64,000 bases of DNA from Candidatus Magasanikbacteria bacterium RIFCSPHIGHO2_02_FULL_48_18 (GTDB lineage Bacteria > Patescibacteriota > Patescibacteriia > Magasanikbacterales > UBA922). The DNA is taken from NCBI GenBank assembly GCA_001784285.1, contig MFQC01000001.1, forward strand, positions 29,780-93,779. The letters run 5' to 3'. Made by a program: the position numbers and the translations under genes. The notes beneath the pieces are model-generated. The model saw nothing but the letters and a program-made list of their open reading frames with translations, was not told the DNA's origin and did not search any database. Shown here in pieces: positions 9,967 to 19,098 of the stretch (position 1 is the stretch's first letter; every line of letters begins with the position of its first letter).

Positions 9967-11290
9967 ACAACTTTTTCTCTGTACCAACTGCGACGCCCAA
10001 TACACCAAATGGGCGGGCAGGTGTTTGGAATGCGGAAAATGGGGAACAATTGAAAATTTTCAAGCTCCAATGTCCAAAAGACAAGATAAAACATCCGAAT
10101 ACCCACCCACAAAAACACAAACGCTCAAAGATATTGCGTCACAACATACGGTAAGGAAAAAAACCGGCATACATGAACTCGACACCGTGCTTGGCGGCGG
10201 CATTGTGCCGGGAAGCCTTCTGTTAATGGGAGGTGAGCCGGGCATTGGAAAATCAACGCTCGCTCTCCAATTGGCCGCCCTTGTCTCGCCCGCACTCTAT
10301 ATTTCGGGCGAAGAGTCACTGGGCCAGATAAAAATGCGGGCTGACCGGCTCAATATTCACGCGCAAGGTCTTTCGCTTGCCAATGAAACCAATGTGGAGC
10401 GTATTGCCGCGACCATTCGGGAACAAAAACCCGCCATAGCGATTATTGATTCCATCCAAACCATTTTTTCTGATGAGGTAAGCGGCGAAATTGGGGGTGT
10501 AAACCAAGTACGCGTCTGCGCCACAAAACTCCTTGACGTTGCAAAATCATCAGGGGTCGCAGTCATTATTATTGGACATGTCACCAAAGACGGTTCGGTC
10601 GCCGGACCAAAAACCTTGGAACATTTGGTTGATACGGTCCTCTCGTTTGAAGGAGAAAAAGACCAGCAATACCGCATTCTCCGAGCAACCAAGAACAGAT
10701 TCGGGCCGACCGATGAAGTGGGTATTTTTGAAATGATCGAAACCGGCCTTGCGGAAGTGAAAAACGCGTCCGCGTGTTTTTTGAAAGATCGCGGCGACGA
10801 TGTGCCGGGCAACATTGTGACCTGCCTTATGGAAGGCAAACGGCCGCTCCTCGTTGAAATCCAAGCGTTGGTCAACAAAACCGCGTTTGGCTACCCGGTC
10901 CGCAAAGCCAGTGGTTTTGATCTCAACCGGCTCCATGTATTGGTTGCTGTTCTTCAAAAGCGCGCCAACATCAATTTGGCCCAATATGATATTCATATCA
11001 ACGTCGTTGGCGGCATCAAAGCCGAAGAACCGGCGTCCGACCTCGCGGTCTGTTTGGCGATTGTGAGCAGTTACAAAGACAAACCGCTTGGCAAAGACGT
11101 GGTGGTGTTTGGGGAGGTTGGTTTGGGTGGTGAAGTGCGAGCCGTGTCACATCGAGACAAACGCATCAAAGAATGTGAGGCGCTACAGATGAAGAAAATT
11201 ATTACCGCGCAAGCCAAAAAGAAAACCGCTGAACACACGATTACCATTATAGGAGTAAAAAATATCCAAGAACTTATAACCCAGACCTAA
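9899..11290 (+). CDS. radA: DNA repair protein RadA/Sms (start uncertain)
   Basis: C4 zinc finger CTNC...CLEC, GEPGIGKST, KNRFG motif and Lon-like C-terminus. Confidence 0.95.
   Translation: MNYTPPTHSKQNLSFNYLKQTTEQLFLCTNCDAQYTKWAGRCLECGKWGTIENFQAPMSKRQDKTSEYPPTKTQTLKDIASQHTVRKKTGIHELDTVLGGGIVPGSLLLMGGEPGIGKSTLALQLAALVSPALYISGEESLGQIKMRADRLNIHAQGLSLANETNVERIAATIREQKPAIAIIDSIQTIFSDEVSGEIGGVNQVRVCATKLLDVAKSSGVAVIIIGHVTKDGSVAGPKTLEHLVDTVLSFEGEKDQQYRILRATKNRFGPTDEVGIFEMIETGLAEVKNASACFLKDRGDDVPGNIVTCLMEGKRPLLVEIQALVNKTAFGYPVRKASGFDLNRLHVLVAVLQKRANINLAQYDIHINVVGGIKAEEPASDLAVCLAIVSSYKDKPLGKDVVVFGEVGLGGEVRAVSHRDKRIKECEALQMKKIITAQAKKKTAEHTITIIGVKNIQELITQT
10048..10096 (+). repeat. Degenerate heptamer tandem array (AAnnnnC x7) in the radA linker
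   Basis: AATTGAA AATTTTC AAGCTCC AATGTCC AAAAGAC AAGATAA AACATCC. Confidence 0.55.
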
Positions 11291-11300
11291 AAAATAGGAA

Positions 11301-13472
11301 TTATTCTAAATGTACTTTTTCTTCCCATTCTTTTACTCTTTCTTTTAATTGTGGGAATTGCGCAAAATCAATGTCTCTCGCGAGCTTTCGCGCGAGCTGA
11401 ATAATGGACCCATCTTTCATGGTTGCCAGACGAAACTGCATCATGCCGCTTTGCGCCGTGCCATACACGTCTCCGGGACCGCGCGTTTGCAAATCATATT
11501 CGGCAAGTAAAAACCCATCCGTTGTTTTTTCAAAAAAAGCAAGCCGCTCCCGAACGGTTTCCGTATCGTTATCCGTAAACAAAAAACAATAGGATTGGTG
11601 GTTACTCCTGCCCACGCGGCCACGAAATTGATGCAGTTGTGCCAAGCCAAAACGCTCTGCCCCTTCAATCATCATGACTGATGCGTTGGGAATATCCACG
11701 CCGACTTCGACGACTGATGTTGACACAAGAACATTAGTCTCCCCTTTTTGAAATAACGCCATAACGTCATCTTTTTCTTTGGTCTTCATTTTGCCGTGAA
11801 GATACGCGACCTTGAGATCTGGAAAAATAGTTTCTGATAATTTTTTGTATTCCGATAAAACAGATTTTTTTTCTAACTGATAGTTTATATCTTGTGTCTT
11901 AGAATGTGATTCTTTTTCTTCTATCAACGGACAAATAACAAACACCTGTCTCCCATTCTTCACCTGTTCTCGAATAAACGCGTACGCCTTACCCCGATTG
12001 TGAGGATCAACCAGTCTGGTTTTGATCGGTTTTCTTCCCGCGGGCATTTCGTTGATAATGGATAGGTCCAGATCGCCATAGAGCGTCAATGCGAAGGTCC
12101 GCGGAATTGGCGTTGCCGTCATACTCAAAAAATGCGGCGTTGTTGTGGTATGTCCGGATTTATCCCGAATTATTTTTCGCTGTTCCACGCCAAAACGATG
12201 CTGTTCGTCGATAATAACAAGACCGAGATTTTTGAATTGGACATCCCCGTTCAGCAATGCATGCGTCCCAACAATAATATGAGCACCGCCAGAACGAATA
12301 TGCTCAATGACATTTCTTTTTCGCGATGCCAATGATGTAGGCTGTTTTTTTGTTTTTAAACTTTCATCTTGACCGCTGATAATATGTTGGCTTTGACCTT
12401 CTTTTTCTTCAACACTGCCCCCTGTCAACAGCCCCAGAGAAATATCAAGAGCACAAAACAGCCCACGCAACGATTCAAAATGTTGTTTTGCCAATATCTC
12501 GGTCGGCGCCATAAGTATGGCCTGTTGGCCATTCAGTATCGTGTTGTACAAGGACAGCGCGGCAACAATCGTTTTTCCCGAACCCACATCCCCCTCAAGA
12601 AGACGATTCATGGGTGTTGTTTTTTCCACATCTTGAAGTATTTCCCATGCCGCAATTTTTTGCGCTTTGGTAAGCTGAAATGGCAGTCCATCCACAAAAT
12701 TTTTTATTTCTTTTTGGTGAAAAATCAAAGATGGCGCAACCTCGCGCTTGATGGTCTGGCGTATCATCTCCGCTCGAAGTTGCAGGACAAAAATTTCATC
12801 AAACTTCAGTCGTTTTTCCGCATGAAGCAAATCCGTGCTGTCTTCTGGAAAATGAATGGCGCGTATGGCGTTTTGAATGGGGACAAGGTCGGCCTCTTCC
12901 ACAATGGTTTCCGGAAGCCATTCCGGAATGTTTTCCGAAAGAGCGATCACCTGGCTCACGAGAAAACGGAGCTGTTTTTGCGTCATCCCCGCGGTCAAAG
13001 AATACATAGGCACAATGCGCGCCGTGTGCGTCGTGTCTGTGCGGTCAGTCGGCGTTGACTGGTGTACTTTTTCGTACGCCGGACTTTTCATAACCATACC
13101 AATCATGTCGCTCCCCACTTTGCCCGAAAAATAAACCGAATTACCCGCACGAAGACTTTGTGTTAAAAACGGCTGGCCAAACCACACCACGCGAAGTTGA
13201 CCCGAGTCATCCGATACCAACGCTTCGGTAATAATGGTTCGTTTCCTCGGGCTCCGTTTGTTGGCAATTAATTCTATTTTTCCACGTACGGTTACCAGCT
13301 CACCCTCCTTCTGCGAGAGCTCACGGATAGCAACCGTTTGACTAAAATCTTCATAGCGAAACGGAAAATACCACAACAAATCCCGGACCGTGCGAATACC
13401 AAGATGACTTAGTTTTTTCCCTAAGGTTTTTCCAACACGATTGAGAGCGGCAACCGAAGTGTCAAGATGCAT
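11301..13472 (-). CDS. recG: ATP-dependent DNA helicase RecG
   Basis: Wedge OB-fold, GDVGSGKT, DEQHRFG, MTATPIPR, QFRGRVGR and TRG motif. Confidence 0.96.
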   Translation of the reverse strand: MHLDTSVAALNRVGKTLGKKLSHLGIRTVRDLLWYFPFRYEDFSQTVAIRELSQKEGELVTVRGKIELIANKRSPRKRTIITEALVSDDSGQLRVVWFGQPFLTQSLRAGNSVYFSGKVGSDMIGMVMKSPAYEKVHQSTPTDRTDTTHTARIVPMYSLTAGMTQKQLRFLVSQVIALSENIPEWLPETIVEEADLVPIQNAIRAIHFPEDSTDLLHAEKRLKFDEIFVLQLRAEMIRQTIKREVAPSLIFHQKEIKNFVDGLPFQLTKAQKIAAWEILQDVEKTTPMNRLLEGDVGSGKTIVAALSLYNTILNGQQAILMAPTEILAKQHFESLRGLFCALDISLGLLTGGSVEEKEGQSQHIISGQDESLKTKKQPTSLASRKRNVIEHIRSGGAHIIVGTHALLNGDVQFKNLGLVIIDEQHRFGVEQRKIIRDKSGHTTTTPHFLSMTATPIPRTFALTLYGDLDLSIINEMPAGRKPIKTRLVDPHNRGKAYAFIREQVKNGRQVFVICPLIEEKESHSKTQDINYQLEKKSVLSEYKKLSETIFPDLKVAYLHGKMKTKEKDDVMALFQKGETNVLVSTSVVEVGVDIPNASVMMIEGAERFGLAQLHQFRGRVGRSNHQSYCFLFTDNDTETVRERLAFFEKTTDGFLLAEYDLQTRGPGDVYGTAQSGMMQFRLATMKDGSIIQLARKLARDIDFAQFPQLKERVKEWEEKVHLE

Positions 13473-13576
13473 ATGAAGACATCATACCATATTGAAAAAA
13501 CAATAAAAACGATCAAAAAAAGACGGAAAATTACAATCCGACTTTTTGAGACAGTCAAAATTTGACTTTTCCTTTC

Positions 13577-13651
13577 TGGTGCTCCCGGCAGGAATCGAAC
13601 CTACATTGCAAGATCCGCAATCTTGTGTCCTATCCATTGAACGACGAGAGC
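13577..13651 (-). tRNA. tRNA-Arg (anticodon GCG), CCA encoded
   Basis: GCTCTCG/CGGGAGC acceptor stem, anticodon arm CAAGA-TTGCGGA-TCTTG, T-loop GGTTCGATTCC, 3' ACCA. Upstream promoter TTGACG-17-TATACT (13705-13677). Confidence 0.95.
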
Positions 13652-13734
13652 CTTCAAAAACTCCAAAGCCGACCAAAGTATAGCCAAAAAAACAAAAACC
13701 GTCAACCCAGTGTGACGGCTCTGCCGGAAAAAAA

Positions 13735-14238
13735 CTAATGCAACATCCATTGCCGCGCAATCATATCGGCAAACGGCTCTTCTTCTTTTTCAATGTCTTC
13801 TTTGAGATACGGGACAAGCGTGTCACGAATTTCAACAGGATTTTGTTCCAAAAGAGGAATACGTAATTTTGGACGAGCCGGACTTTTGGTTTCGAAAAAA
13901 AGCGTTTTGACGAAAGGAGGGTTATATACAATATAAAATGTCTCAAGTTCGGAATAGGTATAAAAGCGATTACTAATGACGATGCCAAATTCCGTGATGC
14001 CAATAGTTACTTTGAGGGGTTCCTGTTTTCCTTGAAGAAATAAAATAATCGCGGCCAAAATAATGACAAGCGCAAACAAAAAATTGCCGCTGAAAACCGC
14101 ATACCCAAGGAGGAGAAGGGCAACGATACTCATAAGCGCGTACCACGCTCGGCTTCGGTTATGCGTTTCATATTCTGGAGCGGTCCATGTATGAAGGACA
14201 TCCCCAATAATGGTATGTTGATCAATGACTTTGGGCAT
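13735..14238 (-). CDS. Conserved membrane protein (2 TM plus PH-like domain; DUF5673-like)
   Basis: WTAPEY...RSRAWY, TM hairpin, ITEFGIVISNRFYTYSELETF. The family name is from memory. Confidence 0.7.
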   Translation of the reverse strand: MPKVIDQHTIIGDVLHTWTAPEYETHNRSRAWYALMSIVALLLLGYAVFSGNFLFALVIILAAIILFLQGKQEPLKVTIGITEFGIVISNRFYTYSELETFYIVYNPPFVKTLFFETKSPARPKLRIPLLEQNPVEIRDTLVPYLKEDIEKEEEPFADMIARQWMLH

Positions 14239-14261
14239 AGAATCGAGAGAAATGTCAATAG

Positions 14262-14335
14262 TGCACACGCCTGGATTCGAACCAGGGACCTCATGAATGT
14301 GAATCATGCGCTCTAACCAACTGAGCTACGTATGC
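14262..14335 (-). tRNA. tRNA-Val (anticodon CAC), CCA not encoded
   Basis: GCATACG/CGTGTGC acceptor stem, D-arm AGCTCAGTTGGTTAGAGC, anticodon arm CATGA-TTCACAT-TCATG, T-loop GGTTCGAATCC. Confidence 0.93.
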
Positions 14336-14455
14336 CTTTTCAGGCATATACATCGGAATTGACATTTAACCCAAATAAATGGTCAAGTTAATTTTGTCAA
14401 TTGTCAATTGTTAATAGAATACCATAATACCGAGGAAAAAGGCAAGAATATCATA

Positions 14456-14484
14456 TTGAAAAATAACGCCAACTCCAGTATACT
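14456..14484 (+). promoter_or_regulatory. sigma70 promoter TTGAAA-17-TATACT for the LCP-der-pth-dprA operon
   Basis: Hexamers at 14456-14461 and 14479-14484; ATG follows 15 nt later. Confidence 0.65.
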
Positions 14485-14499
14485 AGACGTGCTCGCACT

Positions 14500-15921
14500 A
14501 TGGAACAAGCTCCTATTAATTTTTTGCACCAAGGAGAACCCGGCCTTCCATTGCAACCAAGGAGAAAACGGGTTATTTTTTTATTGATCCTCGCGTTCAT
14601 CGGGTGTCTTTTTATTGCAAGAGCTGTTATAAAAGCGCAATTGCCGGAAGATCCAAAGGCGTATGACCCCGTAACCTTAGAGCCCATCAAGCCAAAAGGG
14701 TTATTTAAAAAAATAACCGGTCTGGTATTTGGAGAACAAGAACCGCTGGAGGGCCAACGCTCGGACCGCATCAACATGCTTCTCACCGGCATGGGCGGCC
14801 CCGGGCATGATGGACCATTTTTGACCGATACCATTATGGTCGTGAGCGTAAAACCCTCGACGAAACAAGTTGCGATGATTTCCATTCCTCGCGATCTCGG
14901 CATCGAAATTCCAGGGCACGGATGGAAAAAAATCAACGCCGCCAATGCCATCGGCGAAGCACAGAAAAAAAATCTTGGCGGGGCGTATGCGGCGCAAGTG
15001 ATCCAAGAAGCATTCAACACGGATATCCATTATTATGTACGCATCGACTTTGCGGCATTTGAAGAAATCATTGACGAACTTGACGGCATAAAAATTGATG
15101 TGGAAAATGGATTTACGGATCCGATGTATCCGGCGGAAAATGAAGAATATCAAACCGTCACGTTCGCAAAAGGAGTAGAAACCATGAATGGAAAACGCGC
15201 GCTCATTTTTGCGCGCTCGCGGCATGGAAACAACGGCGAGGGATCGGATTTTGCGCGAGCCAAGCGACAACAAAAAGTATTGTTGGCGCTCAAAGAAAAA
15301 GCACTCACCTTCAATACGCTGACGAACCCGGTGCATGTGCACAATATTTTGAAGAGTCTCGACAAGCATCTCACAACCAACATGGAATTTTCCGACATCA
15401 TTGCGATGATGAAATTGGCAAAAGAACTCGATACGAGCCACATTATCACGACGGTCCTCGACAATGGCACCGACGGCTACCTTGTCAACGGAACCAGCCC
15501 GGACGGCGCGTTTATTCTTCAGCCCAAAACAGGAAATTTTGATGAAATCAACTCCCTCATGGAACATATTTTTGACCAAGAAACCCTGACCACCGAAAAT
15601 AGCACCCCTGTCCAAGATCCGCCCACGTACCAAGACACCAATATTGAAATTCAAAATGGGACATGGCAGGCCGGATTGGCCGCACGAGCGGCAAAATATA
15701 TTCAGGATAAAGGATTTTTCGTCGCGGCGATCGGCAACACCGCGGTCCGCCCCCAAGGAAAAAGCGCGATTATTTACGTCAAAAAAGGACCTCCGCCAGA
15801 GGCCTTGAAAGCGCTTCAAGAAACGCTGAAAATCCCCATTATCGAACACCTCCCTGAATCAGAATCGGCCACCACGACCGCGGATATTTTGGTTATTCTC
15901 GGAGATGATTATCAAGAATGA
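14500..15921 (+). CDS. LytR-CpsA-Psr (LCP) family glycopolymer transferase with LytR_C domain
   Basis: TDTIMVVSV, SIPRDL, KINAA, ARSRH, DFARAKRQQ; C-terminal IEIQNGTWQAGLA...DILVILGDDY. Confidence 0.92.
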   Translation: MEQAPINFLHQGEPGLPLQPRRKRVIFLLILAFIGCLFIARAVIKAQLPEDPKAYDPVTLEPIKPKGLFKKITGLVFGEQEPLEGQRSDRINMLLTGMGGPGHDGPFLTDTIMVVSVKPSTKQVAMISIPRDLGIEIPGHGWKKINAANAIGEAQKKNLGGAYAAQVIQEAFNTDIHYYVRIDFAAFEEIIDELDGIKIDVENGFTDPMYPAENEEYQTVTFAKGVETMNGKRALIFARSRHGNNGEGSDFARAKRQQKVLLALKEKALTFNTLTNPVHVHNILKSLDKHLTTNMEFSDIIAMMKLAKELDTSHIITTVLDNGTDGYLVNGTSPDGAFILQPKTGNFDEINSLMEHIFDQETLTTENSTPVQDPPTYQDTNIEIQNGTWQAGLAARAAKYIQDKGFFVAAIGNTAVRPQGKSAIIYVKKGPPPEALKALQETLKIPIIEHLPESESATTTADILVILGDDYQE

Positions 15922-15928
15922 CTCTCAT

Positions 15929-17368
15929 ATGGAACAAAAACCCAAAATACACAAAGACTCGTTGCCAACCATTGCGCTCGTCGGCCGGGTGAATGTTGGA
16001 AAATCAACATTGTTCAACACGCTTATTGAAGAAAACAAAGCTATTGTGTCTTCTGTCGCCGGAACAACGCGAACCAGCAATGAAGGCATTATTCTTTGGC
16101 GCGGAAAAGAACTCCGCATCATTGATACCGGCGGACTCACGTTTACGGATGAGGTACCGCTTGAAGCAGACATTATCAAACAAACGGAGCACGCGATGAA
16201 TATCGCCGATATTGTCGTGTTTATCACCGACGCGAAAGCAGGCATTTTGCCGCAAGAACGAGAACTTGCCCGCCGACTCAGAAAAATCATCATAAAACCG
16301 GTCCTCTTGGTTGCAAATAAAGCAGACAGCAAAAAAATAGATCGCGAGATGGATATTGGCGCCTGGCTCAAGCTCGGACTCGGCGAACCGTTTCTATTGT
16401 CCGCGACAAGCGGAAAAAATCTTGGCGATTTCCTCGATGCCATACACACGCTTCTTGAAACACTGTCAAAACCAGCGCAAGACAGAAAAGAACCAAACGC
16501 AGACATTGTGCAGATAACGATTATTGGAAAACCAAATGTTGGAAAATCATCCCTCTTTAACAAACTTATTGGACAAGAAAAAGTTATCGTGAGCGACATG
16601 CCGCACACCACGCGGGAACCATATGATACCTTGGTGACATATCACTATACCGACTGGCAAGAACAGGAAGAAAAAACGGCGACGAATACGTCACCGAACC
16701 AAAAAGAGAAAACACTGCTCATTAATTTTATTGACACCGCGGGCATTCGGCGAAAAACAAAAGTGTCGGGAGAGTTGGAACAAAAAGGCATCATGAAAAG
16801 CATTCAACGCATTGAAACATCGGACATCATTCTTTTTGTATTGGATGGATCGGAAACCATCTCAAGCCAAGATAAACAACTGGGCGGCCTTATTGAGCGG
16901 CGAGGAAAAAGCGTCATAATTCTTGTAAACAAATGGGATCTGGCAACCGACACCAGCGACAGCAAAAGAAACGCAGTAAAAAAAATGATATACGCGCAGT
17001 TCCCCCATCTGGATTTTGCGCCGATTCTCTTTGTGAGCGGCAAAACCGGGTATCGCGTACACGCAATATTTCCGGAACTCGCTCATGTGTGGCAGGCGCG
17101 GCACACGAAGCCGCCGGTCAAAGGCCTCGAATACGTCCTCAAGCAAACTATTGCGTCGCACCTTCCCTCACGAGGAAAAGGAACACGGTTTCCAAAAATC
17201 CTTGGCATCCGGCAGATCGGCGTCGCACCGCCAGTGATTGAGCTTGTAATAAAACACAAAACATCTCTCCACGAGTCCTATACGCATTTTTTGGAACGAA
17301 ATCTTCGCGAGCATTTTGACTTTACCGGCGTTCCCGTTATAATAACCTTGCGAAAACAAAAAAAATAA
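15929..17368 (+). CDS. der: Ribosome biogenesis GTPase Der (EngA)
   Basis: Two GTPase domains (GRVNVGKS, DTGG, NKAD; GKPNVGKS, DTAG, NKWD) and a KH-like tail. Confidence 0.95.
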   Translation: MEQKPKIHKDSLPTIALVGRVNVGKSTLFNTLIEENKAIVSSVAGTTRTSNEGIILWRGKELRIIDTGGLTFTDEVPLEADIIKQTEHAMNIADIVVFITDAKAGILPQERELARRLRKIIIKPVLLVANKADSKKIDREMDIGAWLKLGLGEPFLLSATSGKNLGDFLDAIHTLLETLSKPAQDRKEPNADIVQITIIGKPNVGKSSLFNKLIGQEKVIVSDMPHTTREPYDTLVTYHYTDWQEQEEKTATNTSPNQKEKTLLINFIDTAGIRRKTKVSGELEQKGIMKSIQRIETSDIILFVLDGSETISSQDKQLGGLIERRGKSVIILVNKWDLATDTSDSKRNAVKKMIYAQFPHLDFAPILFVSGKTGYRVHAIFPELAHVWQARHTKPPVKGLEYVLKQTIASHLPSRGKGTRFPKILGIRQIGVAPPVIELVIKHKTSLHESYTHFLERNLREHFDFTGVPVIITLRKQKK

Positions 17369-17373
17369 CCGCT

Positions 17374-17928
17374 ATGAAAGCCATTATCGGCCTTGGAAAT
17401 CCCGGAAAAGCGTACGAAAAAACCAGACACAACGTTGGATTTATGGTTCTCGATACGCTTATAACATCCGCATCCTGGTCATCCTTCCCGGATTGGTCGT
17501 TGAGCAAAAAATACAATGCGCTCGTTTCCGAAGGAACAAAAGAGGGGGAGAAAATACTCTGCGCCAAACCAATGACGTTTATGAACGCCTCCGGCCAAAG
17601 CGTTCAATTGATCGCTCATTTTTATCACCTCTCTCTCGACGACATCCTCGTGGTCCACGACGACAAAGATTTGCTTCTCGGGGAAGTCAAAATGCAAAAA
17701 GATCGGGGAGACGCGGGGCACAATGGCGTGCGCTCCATCATGGATTTGCTCGGAACCAAAAATTTTACGCGGGTGAGAGTGGGCGTTCATCCGGCGGACA
17801 ACAAAAAAATGACAGACACGGCGGCATTTGTATTGCGCAAATTTGCTTTTTCAGAACGAACCATAGTCAAAAACGCGATTCAAAAAAGTATTACCCATAT
17901 TGAAACATTTCTTCAGGCACGATCATAA
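17374..17928 (+). CDS. pth: Peptidyl-tRNA hydrolase
   Basis: IIGLGNPG..Y..TRHNVGF, KPMTFMNASG, GHNGVRS. Confidence 0.97.
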   Translation: MKAIIGLGNPGKAYEKTRHNVGFMVLDTLITSASWSSFPDWSLSKKYNALVSEGTKEGEKILCAKPMTFMNASGQSVQLIAHFYHLSLDDILVVHDDKDLLLGEVKMQKDRGDAGHNGVRSIMDLLGTKNFTRVRVGVHPADNKKMTDTAAFVLRKFAFSERTIVKNAIQKSITHIETFLQARS

Positions 17929-17942
17929 TTGTTGAAGGAGGT

Positions 17943-19025
17943 ATGAAAAAGGAGGTATTGCTCTCGTATTTTCCCAAAATGACGGTCTCGCGATACCGCC
18001 GCATTATGGTTGCCTTTTCCACGCTCGACCATTTGTGGGACAGCTCGACAAAGGAGATGCGCGCCCGACTTCCGTTTGAAGAACAAATAAAAGAAGAATT
18101 TATTGCTTGGAAGAATGAACTCCAAGAAGAAACCATAGAGTCAGCGCTTAAAGAAAGCCAAATAGACTGTGTTACCATTGATGATCCCTCCTACCCCGCT
18201 CTCTTGCGGCAAATTTATGACCCGCCGCTTTGTCTGTTTGTGCGCGGCATGTTGGACACATTCTCTCGTCCGATTGCAGTGGTCGGGAGCAGACAGCATT
18301 CACCATACGGAAAAAAAATCGCAGAAGATTTTGTGTCTGTTTTGGTTCAACACCACTGTACCATTGTCAGTGGTCTTGCGCGCGGCATTGACGGGATAGC
18401 GCATGAAGCGGCGCTCCATGAACATGGAAAAACGACTGCCGTCCTCGGGTCCGGTATTGACCCAGAGCACATCTACCCATCACAACACTGCGCCCTCGCC
18501 GACCGCATTATTGATTCTGGCGGTGTCGTCCTTTCAGAATACCCGCCGGGAACCGAGCCTACTCGCTACTCATTTCCCAAACGAAATCGCATTATTTCAG
18601 GACTCTCGCTCGGCGTCGTTGTCATTGAAGCCGGAAAAAATTCCGGCGCACTCGTCACCGCCCAGTCAGCGCTTGAACAAAACCGTGAAGTATTTGCCAT
18701 CCCTCAAAATATTACCTCCCCCACCAGTGCGGGAACCAACACGCTTATCCAAATGGGAGCGCACGCCGTTATTGCCCCGCAAAACATCCTTGAGGCATTT
18801 TCATTTGACATAATGGCGAGAGAACCACAGGCCAAAGAGAAACCCGCGCCAGAATCCCCGCTTGAAGGCATATTACTTCAATATATTTCCGACGCGCCTA
18901 TTCACATTGACGAGCTTATCCGACAATCCGGAGCGGAAAGCAAGACCGTTATGAGCCTTCTTGCCCTCATGGAAATGCAACAAAAAATTCGCGACGTGGG
19001 AGGGATGATGTACACATTGTATTGA
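17943..19025 (+). CDS. dprA: DNA-processing protein DprA
   Basis: YPALLRQIYDPP, VVGSR, VSGLARGID, FPKRNRIISG and a C-terminal wHTH. Confidence 0.95.
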   Translation: MKKEVLLSYFPKMTVSRYRRIMVAFSTLDHLWDSSTKEMRARLPFEEQIKEEFIAWKNELQEETIESALKESQIDCVTIDDPSYPALLRQIYDPPLCLFVRGMLDTFSRPIAVVGSRQHSPYGKKIAEDFVSVLVQHHCTIVSGLARGIDGIAHEAALHEHGKTTAVLGSGIDPEHIYPSQHCALADRIIDSGGVVLSEYPPGTEPTRYSFPKRNRIISGLSLGVVVIEAGKNSGALVTAQSALEQNREVFAIPQNITSPTSAGTNTLIQMGAHAVIAPQNILEAFSFDIMAREPQAKEKPAPESPLEGILLQYISDAPIHIDELIRQSGAESKTVMSLLALMEMQQKIRDVGGMMYTLY

Positions 19026-19036
19026 AAAAAAGAAAA

Positions 19037-19065
19037 TTGACGGCGTCAAAACCCCATGGTATTCT
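19037..19065 (+). promoter_or_regulatory. sigma70 promoter TTGACG-17-TATTCT (extended -10)
   Basis: Hexamers at 19037-19042 and 19060-19065, with TG upstream of the -10. Confidence 0.6.
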
Positions 19066-19098
19066 TTAAAAGATAATTTTTACTTTTTCTCTATCTCT

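Noticed and set aside
13022-13060. Nonamer-like repeats (CCGACTGAC CGCACAGAC ACGACGCAC) in a RecG loop
   Set aside because: Only three degenerate units, and a period of 9 can come from the Thr-Asp peptide repeat.
17935-17957. Tandem AAGGAGGTA at the dprA start
   Set aside because: The first copy abuts the ATG with no spacing and the second encodes KEV, so it is probably incidental. It is a caveat for the rpsU SD claim.
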